Origin: a bacterium
GTDB lineage: Bacteria; CALINM01
Reading direction: 5' to 3'
Assembly: GCA_041640455.1 (NCBI GenBank)
Contig: JBEQAF010000046.1
Coordinates: 1-16,053, forward strand
Length of the DNA: 16,053 nucleotides
The notes under the pieces: model-generated
Seen by the model: only the letters and a program-made list of their open reading frames with translations
The model's database searches: none
Told to the model about the DNA's origin: nothing
In this document: positions 8,620 to 15,761 of the stretch, one piece after another
Layout of the letters: each line of letters starts with the position of its first letter
Numbering within the stretch: the first letter of the stretch is position 1
Position numbers and translations under genes: made by a program

Positions 8620-8877
8620 ATGGCGTGTGAAGAGCTCATAAGAGGTTTTCTCGAGGTGTCGGAGACCGAGTCGGTTATGTCAACGACTGCGCTTTGGAAA
8701 CGTTTAGTCAATGAATGTGAACTGACTTTTGGCTCGCCTGCTGGCAGTTTAGTCACAGATTTCGATCCTGACAATGCAGGCGATTGCCTATTCTTCCCTT
8801 GCCCAATCAAAAACTCTGAAAGGTTGAGGGTTTTTATCACTGAATTGAAGGAGGATAACGATGGCACAACAGCCTAA
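8620..8877 (+). CDS. Unidentified ORF or 3' gene remnant overlapping the cas12b start (distal part of the 8380-8877 ORF)
   Basis: Open frame MACEELIRGFLE...LKEDNDGTTA. It carries the cas12b RBS and overlaps cas12b by 17 nt. It has no clear RBS of its own and no recognised motif. Confidence 0.35.
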   Translation: MACEELIRGFLEVSETESVMSTTALWKRLVNECELTFGSPAGSLVTDFDPDNAGDCLFFPCPIKNSERLRVFITELKEDNDGTTA

Positions 8878-11800
8878 ACCACCCGTCACCGTGCGAGCCT
8901 ATACACTTCGGCTCCGTGGATCTGACCCGAGTGATATTTCGTGGCGTGACGCACTTTGGCAGACCCACGAGGCGGTGAATAATGGAGCCAAAGCGTTCGG
9001 CAACTGGTTGCTCACCTTGCGAGGGGGATTGGACCACACTCTGGCGGATGCCAAGGTCAGGGATGGGGAGGAAAAGCCTGACCGCGATCTGACCGATGAG
9101 CAGCGCAAAGTGCGGCGTATACTGTTAGCCCTGTCGTGGCTTTCGGTGGAGTCGGAACTCGGCGCTCCGAGGGATTACATCGTTGCGTCCGGTAAAGATG
9201 CCGCCGAGTATCGCAACGAGAGGGTTATATCAGCGCTTGAAGAAATTCTCAAAGGCAGGGGCCTTTCGGAAAACGAGATTAAGGATTGGAAGAATGATTG
9301 CGCAGCTTCCCTGACTGCAGCCATTAGGGACGACGCGGTTTGGGTGAATAGGAGTAAGGCGTTTGATGATGCTGTCAAATCCGTAGGCTACTCGCTTACC
9401 CGCGAGGAAGTTTGGGACATGCTGGAACGTTTCTTCGGAAGCCGTGATGCCTATCTGTCCCCAGCGAAAGGCTCTGAAGATGAATCTTCAGAGGCAGAGC
9501 AAGAGGAGAAAGCGAAGGACCTCGTCCAGAAGGCCGGACAATGGCTCAGCAGCCGGTTCGGCACCGGGAAAGGAGCCGACTTCTCCCGGATGGCCGCCGT
9601 CTATCGGAAGATTGTGGCGTGGGCTGACAATGCTCAAGCGGGCACGACCGGAACCGAAGCACTCGAAAACCTTGCGACCGCCCTCAGTGAATTCAATCCT
9701 GCATCGAACGACTTTCAGGGCGTGCTTGGTCTGATCAGCGGTCCCGGATACAAGAGCGCGACGCGCAAGCTTCTCGCCAACATCGCCGCCAAGACCGTTA
9801 CTGAAGAGGATTTGAAGAAACTAAAGAAAACGGCGGCCGCGGATGAGGAAAAGTGTAAGAAGAACACTGGATCGAAAGGGCGGAGACCATACTCCGACGC
9901 TATCCTGAAGGACGTGGAGTCTGTTTGCAAGTTCACCTATCGGGTCGATAAAAACGGCAAGGATGTTTCTGTCTCAAACTATTCCTCGGATGGCGACAAT
10001 TACAATTGGGGCTCTGCCAGGCATTCCGAATTTGCCGTGATGCTTGACCACGCCGCCCGACGTGTTTCTCTGGCACACACGTGGATTAAGCTCGCCGAGG
10101 CGGAACGACGGAAATTCGAGGAAGACGCGAAGAAAGCATCCGGCGTTCCTCAAACTGCAAAAGCCTGGTTGGATAAATTCTGCGAAGAGCGCTCAAAGAC
10201 GTCCGGTGCGATAGAGGGCTATCGAATCAGGAAGCGTGCTGTTGGTGGGTGGAAGGATGTTGTCAAGGCGTGGTCAAAAGCTGACTGCCAAACAAAGGAA
10301 GACCGGATTGCCGCCGTAAGGGCGTTACAAGACGATCCGGAGATCGACAAGTTCGGCGACATCCAGCTATTCGAAGCCCTCGCCGAGGACGACGCCTTAT
10401 GCGTTTGGCACAAGGATGGCGATGCCGCGAAAGAACCTGATCCTCAGCCGCTGATTGACTACGCTCTTGTCGCTGAAGCGGAATTCAAGAAACGGCAGTT
10501 CAAGGTGCCGATGTATCGACACCCGGATCCGCTTTTGCATCCGGTCTTCTGCGATTTTGGGAACTCCCGCTGGGATATTTGCTTCGACCTCCACAAGAAT
10601 GTGCAAACCCCCTTTCCGCAAGCGCTTTGCCTGACGCTCTGGACCGGGAGCGAGATGAAACCAGTTCCTTTGTGCTGGCAGTCCAAGAGGTTCGCACGTG
10701 ATTTGGCGCTTGTTAACAACGCAAGCAATACAGGAGCTTCCGAGGTCACACGCGCGGACAGATTGGGGCGAGCGGCTTCAAACGTGACCAAGAGCAATAA
10801 TGTGAAAATCTCGGGGCTCTTTGAACAGAAAGACTGGAATGGCAGGTTGCAGGCTCCAAGACAGCAGTTGGAAGCCATTGCCCGTTATGTAGAAAAACAC
10901 GGTTGGGATCAAAAAGCCAATAAGATGCGCGACGCTATCAAGTGGCTGGTTACATTTTCAGCAAAGCTTAATCCGAAGGGTCCGTGGTCCGAATTAGTTA
11001 AAAAGAATCAACTTAGTATCAATCCACAATTATGGCCACATGCCGAATTGAACAAAACAAGAAAAGGCCACGCCCAGCTTATCCTTTCCCGTCTCCCCGG
11101 GCTGCGAGTGCTTTCCGTCGACCTCGGCCACCGCTACGCCGCAGCGTGTGCGGTTTGGGAAGCGGTAGACCCTGAACAGGTCAAGAAAGCGTGCCAGGAC
11201 GCCGGGCATGAACCGCCGAAGGCGGCTGATCTTTACCTGCATCTCAAGAGGAAGGTGAAAAAAGTAAAGAATGGAAAAGAAGTAGAATTTGAGAAAACCA
11301 CCATCTATCGCCGCATCGGCGCGGACACATTGACGGACAACACGCAGCATCCAGCTCCTTGGGCGCGCCTGGACCGCCAATTCCTCATCAAGCTACAGGG
11401 AGAGGAGGAAGGGGCTCGGGAGGCGTCAAACGAGGAGATCTGGAAGGTTCATCAGTTAGAAGCCGAACTTGGCAGAAGTATGCCGCTTATAGACCGGCTT
11501 GTAAAATCCGGCTGGGGCGGCACCGAAAAACAAAATGCGCGACTCGAAGAACTCAGGCTTCTCGGATGGAGCCCAGCGGCAGATACCTGCTCCAAAAACG
11601 CCATGGACGGGAATGCCGATGAAGAGAGCGCTGACTACAGACAGCCGCTCTCCGTCGATGAACTGATGTCCTCCGCCGTCCGCACCATGATCCTTGCGCT
11701 CAAGCGTCACGGCGACCGGGCGCGCATTGCTCATTACCTCATAACTGACGAGAAGACCAGGCCTGGTGGCGTTAAGGAAAAACTGGATGAGAACGGACGT

Positions 11801-13303
11801 GTCGATCTTTTACAGGATGCACTTGTAATGTGGCACGATCTGTTCTCATCTCGCGATTGGCGTGATGACGCCGCAAAGCAACTTTGGGATGAGCATGTCG
11901 TCAAGTTGTCTGGATACAAGGCTCCGGAGGAAATCGGCGAGGAATTTTCAGGTCCAGAGCGCAAGGAGAATGAGAAGGAGAATCGAGAAAAACTTCGTGA
12001 TGTAGCGAAGGCTCTGGTACAGGATAATACACTTCTGAAGGTTCTACACGACGCATGGGAGAAAAGATGGAAAGATGACGACGATTGGTGGAAAAAACAA
12101 CTTCGCTGGTTCAAGGATTGGATTCTCCCCCGCGGCAAGCGCTGTAACGATGCGGCTATCCGCAATGTCGGCGGTCTTTCGCTCACACGCCTTGCCACTA
12201 TTACCGAGTTCCGTCGCAAAGTTCAGGTGGGGTTCTTCACCCGTCTTCATCCCGATGGTACAAGAAAAGAAACCAAAGAACAGTTCGGGCAGCGCGCCTT
12301 GGACGCACTGGAGCAACTGCGCGAGCAGCGCGTCAAACAACTTGCCAGTCGCATCGTCGAGGCAGCACTGGGCATTGGTAGTGAGGATGGAAAAGGATGG
12401 GAAGGGAACAAGCGTCCTCGACAGCGAATAAGCGATCCTCGCTTTGCTCCGTGCCATGCCATCGTCATCGAAGACCTCACCCACTACCGGCCGGAGGAAA
12501 CCCGTACCCGGCGGGAAAACCGCCAGCTCATGACCTGGTCGTCCTCGAAGATCAAGAAGTACCTGTCTGAAGCCTGCCAACTCCATGGACTTCATCTCCG
12601 CGAAGTCTCGGCGAGCTACACCTCGCGCCAGGACTCCCGCACAGGCGCTCCGGGGATCCGTTGTCAAGATGTATCGGTAGATGAGTTTATGCGGTCTCCA
12701 TTTTGGCGGAAGCAGATCGCTCAGGCTGAGAAGAAACAGTCCGAAGGCAAAGGCGACGCACGCGAACGCTTTCTCTGCAATCTGAATGCGAAATGGAAAG
12801 ACAAATCTAAGGCGGATTTAAAGAAGGCCGGGGTTATCCGCGTTCCTCTCAAAGGCGGTGAGATATTTGTTTCGGCCGATCCGAACTCGCCGGCGGCTAA
12901 GGGGCTTCAGGCGGATTTAAATGCCGCTGCCAACATCGGCTTACGCGCACTTACCGACCCGGACTGGCCCGGCAAGTGGTGGTATGTGCCCTGCGATCCA
13001 GACGGCTTTATGCCCATAAAGGACAAGGTCGAAGGTAGCGCGGCGGTGAAACCAGACCAAGCGCTACGGCAACCTTCCCAGGCGCAGAGTGTTGATGCCG
13101 CAAGGGACAAAAAGAAGCGCGGGCGAAAGGGCGCCGGCAAATCCAAGGAAGTCGTCAACCTCTGGCGCGATATCTCGTCATCCCCGCTCGAATGCATCGA
13201 ATTCGGAGAGTGGAAAGAATACGCCGCTTATCAGAACGAGGTGCAATGCCGGGTTATCCGTATCTTGGAGGAACAGATAAAAGTCCACGACAAGCAACTG
13301 TAA
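8861..13303 (+). CDS. cas12b: Type V-B CRISPR effector Cas12b (C2c1), long variant, 1480 aa
   Basis: RuvC-I LRVLSVDLGHR (D754), RuvC-II IVIEDL (E1204), YTSRQDSRTG and RuvC-III ADLNAAANIG (D1352); N-terminal RAYTLRL...LWQTHEAVN; HPVFCDFG. AGGAGG RBS at 8849-8854. Followed by cas4-cas1, cas2, tracrRNA and array, the V-B layout. Confidence 0.93.
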   Translation: MAQQPKPPVTVRAYTLRLRGSDPSDISWRDALWQTHEAVNNGAKAFGNWLLTLRGGLDHTLADAKVRDGEEKPDRDLTDEQRKVRRILLALSWLSVESELGAPRDYIVASGKDAAEYRNERVISALEEILKGRGLSENEIKDWKNDCAASLTAAIRDDAVWVNRSKAFDDAVKSVGYSLTREEVWDMLERFFGSRDAYLSPAKGSEDESSEAEQEEKAKDLVQKAGQWLSSRFGTGKGADFSRMAAVYRKIVAWADNAQAGTTGTEALENLATALSEFNPASNDFQGVLGLISGPGYKSATRKLLANIAAKTVTEEDLKKLKKTAAADEEKCKKNTGSKGRRPYSDAILKDVESVCKFTYRVDKNGKDVSVSNYSSDGDNYNWGSARHSEFAVMLDHAARRVSLAHTWIKLAEAERRKFEEDAKKASGVPQTAKAWLDKFCEERSKTSGAIEGYRIRKRAVGGWKDVVKAWSKADCQTKEDRIAAVRALQDDPEIDKFGDIQLFEALAEDDALCVWHKDGDAAKEPDPQPLIDYALVAEAEFKKRQFKVPMYRHPDPLLHPVFCDFGNSRWDICFDLHKNVQTPFPQALCLTLWTGSEMKPVPLCWQSKRFARDLALVNNASNTGASEVTRADRLGRAASNVTKSNNVKISGLFEQKDWNGRLQAPRQQLEAIARYVEKHGWDQKANKMRDAIKWLVTFSAKLNPKGPWSELVKKNQLSINPQLWPHAELNKTRKGHAQLILSRLPGLRVLSVDLGHRYAAACAVWEAVDPEQVKKACQDAGHEPPKAADLYLHLKRKVKKVKNGKEVEFEKTTIYRRIGADTLTDNTQHPAPWARLDRQFLIKLQGEEEGAREASNEEIWKVHQLEAELGRSMPLIDRLVKSGWGGTEKQNARLEELRLLGWSPAADTCSKNAMDGNADEESADYRQPLSVDELMSSAVRTMILALKRHGDRARIAHYLITDEKTRPGGVKEKLDENGRVDLLQDALVMWHDLFSSRDWRDDAAKQLWDEHVVKLSGYKAPEEIGEEFSGPERKENEKENREKLRDVAKALVQDNTLLKVLHDAWEKRWKDDDDWWKKQLRWFKDWILPRGKRCNDAAIRNVGGLSLTRLATITEFRRKVQVGFFTRLHPDGTRKETKEQFGQRALDALEQLREQRVKQLASRIVEAALGIGSEDGKGWEGNKRPRQRISDPRFAPCHAIVIEDLTHYRPEETRTRRENRQLMTWSSSKIKKYLSEACQLHGLHLREVSASYTSRQDSRTGAPGIRCQDVSVDEFMRSPFWRKQIAQAEKKQSEGKGDARERFLCNLNAKWKDKSKADLKKAGVIRVPLKGGEIFVSADPNSPAAKGLQADLNAAANIGLRALTDPDWPGKWWYVPCDPDGFMPIKDKVEGSAAVKPDQALRQPSQAQSVDAARDKKKRGRKGAGKSKEVVNLWRDISSSPLECIEFGEWKEYAAYQNEVQCRVIRILEEQIKVHDKQL

Positions 13304-13350
13304 GAAGGGACTAAGGAGAACGATATTTTGTTCTAAGGAGTATGCAAACT

Positions 13351-15069
13351 ATGGATGAAAGCCTGTGGTCTGTTCGTAACGTGGCTGAATATGCCTACTG
13401 CCCACGTCTTTTCTACTACATGCAGGTGGAAGGCATATTTATTCCCAGTAGTGACACGGCGAAAGGGGTGGCTGTCCATCGACGAGTGGATAAACCCAGT
13501 GCCGATCTGGAAAAGGCTGAGGCTGGTGAAGATGATCACGAACGGCCCAAGATCGTTCGAAGTCTGGTTTTGACAAGCGAGTCGCTTGGCCTCACCGCGA
13601 CCTTGGACTTAACGGAAATTTTGGGGCAGACCGCCGTCCCGGTCGAGTACCGGAAGGGGCGTCCCAAACACTTTCCCATAGTCCCTACCTCCGACGATTG
13701 TGGCGATAGGGAACAATTACCGATTCAACAAACAGAGGCATGGACCACGGATCGAATTCAAGTCAGCCTGCAAGCTATTTTGCTTGAGGATGCTGGGTAT
13801 ACGGTTAATGAAGCAATCATCTATTACGCAGAGGAAAAACTTCGTCTCAGGATTCCAATAGATGATACTCTCAAGTCGGAGGCCTTGCAGACATTGAAAG
13901 ATGCTAAACAATGTGCGGAAGGCTCACGGCCTCTGCCCCTCGTCAACGATTCGCGTTGTTTAAAATGCTCCCTTCAGCCAATATGCTTGCCGGACGAGGT
14001 CAACCATCAACGCGCTCAGTCTCTAACTGATGAAATTACACCAAGAAAGATCTGGCCGCCGTGCGATGACGGCATTCATGTGGTAGCCCAGCAAGAAGGC
14101 GTAAAAGTTGGGGTTCGCGGCATGGAATTGGTGGTTAATGATAAGAATGGTTCCACAGTTAAGACCATACCGATCACGAACATTGAAAGCCTTTCGCTGC
14201 TGGGCTCGGTGCAAATTACAACCCAGGCAATTCATACCCTTGCTGATATGAACACTCCTATAGCTTTCCTTTCACAGGCGGGACGACTCGTGGCCATGAT
14301 CGATCCACTCGATTCGATCAGTGCCGAAATTCGAAAGTCACAGATTCGTAAATTTGACTGCGTGAATGTATGCCTCGAACTTGCTCGCGCCCTTGTGTCG
14401 ACCAAGATAATGAACCAACGAACACTCCTTCTCCGCAATCATAGTTCTCTACCAGCCGGCGTAGCCACCGATTTGGCGAAGGAAGCTAAGAACGCGGCGC
14501 AGGCTGATTCAGTGGAGTCAGTGCGAGGGCATGAGGGTCAGGCAGCGGCCATTTACTTCAAGCATTTTGCTGGAATGTTAAAGTGCCCACTATTGGTCGA
14601 ATTCGACGCCAATGGCAGGAAACGAAGACCTCCGCCCGACCCCGTCAACGCCTGTTTGTCGCTGGCGTATTCGATGCTGACCCACGAGTGCGTTGCAGCG
14701 TTGCGCCTCGCGAGGCTGGAGCCCTCCATAGGCGGATTTCACGTATCGAGGCCGGGGCGTCCGGCGCTTGCACTCGATCTCATGGAGCCGTTTCGACCTT
14801 TGGTTGCGGATTCAGTAGTAATCACATGCTTCAATCGAGGTGAATTGACCGAGGGGCATTTTCTTCGCACCGCATCCGGATGTTCGCTTACAGAAGCAGG
14901 GAGGCGAAGTTTTTTCAATGCTCTTGGCAGAAGAATGGATACGGTGGTTACACATCCGGTATTTGAGTATCGTTTGAGCTACCGGAGAATGATTGTTTTG
15001 CATGCGAGAATGATTGCAGCATGGCTCACTGGAGATATTCCTTCTCTGGAGTTCCTGACCACGCGCTGA
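13351..15069 (+). CDS. cas1: Cas4-Cas1 fusion (adaptation nuclease/integrase)
   Basis: Cas4 part: YAYCPR, LDL, PVEYRKG, QVSLQA and CLKCSLQPIC (four Fe-S Cys). Cas1 part: RGHEGQAAAIYF, RRPPPDPVNACLSLAY, GGFH and LALDLMEPFRP. AAGGAG at 13335-13340 fits ATG 13351 better than 13342. Confidence 0.95.
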   Translation: MDESLWSVRNVAEYAYCPRLFYYMQVEGIFIPSSDTAKGVAVHRRVDKPSADLEKAEAGEDDHERPKIVRSLVLTSESLGLTATLDLTEILGQTAVPVEYRKGRPKHFPIVPTSDDCGDREQLPIQQTEAWTTDRIQVSLQAILLEDAGYTVNEAIIYYAEEKLRLRIPIDDTLKSEALQTLKDAKQCAEGSRPLPLVNDSRCLKCSLQPICLPDEVNHQRAQSLTDEITPRKIWPPCDDGIHVVAQQEGVKVGVRGMELVVNDKNGSTVKTIPITNIESLSLLGSVQITTQAIHTLADMNTPIAFLSQAGRLVAMIDPLDSISAEIRKSQIRKFDCVNVCLELARALVSTKIMNQRTLLLRNHSSLPAGVATDLAKEAKNAAQADSVESVRGHEGQAAAIYFKHFAGMLKCPLLVEFDANGRKRRPPPDPVNACLSLAYSMLTHECVAALRLARLEPSIGGFHVSRPGRPALALDLMEPFRPLVADSVVITCFNRGELTEGHFLRTASGCSLTEAGRRSFFNALGRRMDTVVTHPVFEYRLSYRRMIVLHARMIAAWLTGDIPSLEFLTTR

Positions 15070-15075
15070 AAATGC

Positions 15076-15118
15076 TTGACAAATATTAAAAAATAACATA
15101 TTTTTAAGCAAATGCTTA
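15076..15118 (+). promoter_or_regulatory. Internal promoter and palindromic operator between cas1 and cas2
   Basis: TTGACA (15076-15081), 17 nt, TATTTT (15099-15104), then the perfect inverted repeat TAAGCA-AA-TGCTTA (15105-15118). AAATGCTT occurs at both 15070 and 15110. Confidence 0.55.
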
Positions 15119-15158
15119 TCTGGCGATCTAAATCATACGCTGAGATGGGTATGCTATA

Positions 15159-15449
15159 ATGCGTAGATGCTATCTGGTATGTTACGACATAAGAGATCCG
15201 AAAAGGTTGCGGCGTGTACACAGGGTGTTAAAAGGTTATGGTGAGGCTTGGCAGTTTTCAGTATTCTTTTGTGTGCTCAAAGATATTGATCGCGTGCGGT
15301 TACAGACTGATCTCGAGGAGCAAGTGAACCAGAAGGAGGATCAGGTGATGATTTTGGACCTTGGTTCTAATGAAAAGGAAGCACGTGAAGCGGCAACTGT
15401 TATAGGCCAACCTCTTCCAGAACAGGATAGCGGGATTGTTGTAATATGA
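15159..15449 (+). CDS. cas2: CRISPR-associated endonuclease Cas2
   Basis: Motifs [29 protein letters not shown] and [10 protein letters not shown]; 96 aa; downstream of cas1. Confidence 0.97.
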   Translation: MRRCYLVCYDIRDPKRLRRVHRVLKGYGEAWQFSVFFCVLKDIDRVRLQTDLEEQVNQKEDQVMILDLGSNEKEAREAATVIGQPLPEQDSGIVVI

Positions 15450-15482
15450 CTTTATAAATGGTGGACGATATATAAATTTAAT

Positions 15483-15569
15483 GCCTCTACAGGAGGCGAA
15501 AATGCCACGGTATGTGTCTTCCCCTTCAATGGGCTTGGCACCGTGGAGTCGATCAGTTTTGTTCCTACG
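15483..15569 (+). ncRNA. tracrRNA for Cas12b (ends approximate)
   Basis: GTCGATCAG (15548-15556) and CCTAC (15564-15568) complement repeat segments CTGATCGAC and GTAGG in register. GTGTCT (15514-15519) pairs with the repeat 3' end GGACAC. Stems GCCTC/GAGGC and CCACGGT/ACCGTGG are present. Confidence 0.85.
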
Positions 15570-15761
15570 AGGAGCCTTCTCAACAGCCCCAGCGAGTGTG
15601 GAGGTGGTGAAATGGGGTACGGGGGATGCTCGAACCCGTTGAGGTTCTTTGAAATTAAGGTAGTGTATTCACTTGAAAGTGCCTGCTGCAAGGTGTGATT
15701 TTTCAAATGCTCGCACGGCGGTTATAAAACACAGTGCCAGCAATGGTTTGTAAGGACTGCG
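15570..15761 (+). promoter_or_regulatory. CRISPR leader
   Basis: Non-coding DNA before repeat 1. ATGCTCG occurs at 15626 and 15707, a related inverted GCGAG at 15592, and an IHF-like CAGCAA-TGGT-TTG at 15738-15750. Confidence 0.6.

Noticed and set aside
11734..12667. Long antisense and alternative-frame ORFs (161 aa, 207 aa and others) inside cas12b, and similar shadow ORFs in selB, fprA and cas1
   Set aside because: They lie fully within well-supported genes and show no motifs, as expected for shadow frames.
13100..13150. NLS-like basic patch RDKKKRGRK in Cas12b
   Set aside because: Lys/Arg-rich loops are common in nucleic-acid-binding proteins, and nothing here supports a special role.
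8861..13303. Effector as TnpB, Cas12k (CAST) or a new type V subtype
   Set aside because: It is too large for TnpB, the RuvC residues are intact, and no tns genes are present. The cas4-cas1 fusion, tracrRNA architecture and repeat end all fit V-B.
15570..15620. Intrinsic terminator after the tracrRNA (CCCCA...TGGGG)
   Set aside because: The stem is short, the loop long, and there is no U-tract.
15452..15706. 84-aa minus-strand ORF after cas2
   Set aside because: It is antisense to the tracrRNA and leader and has no recognisable motif.
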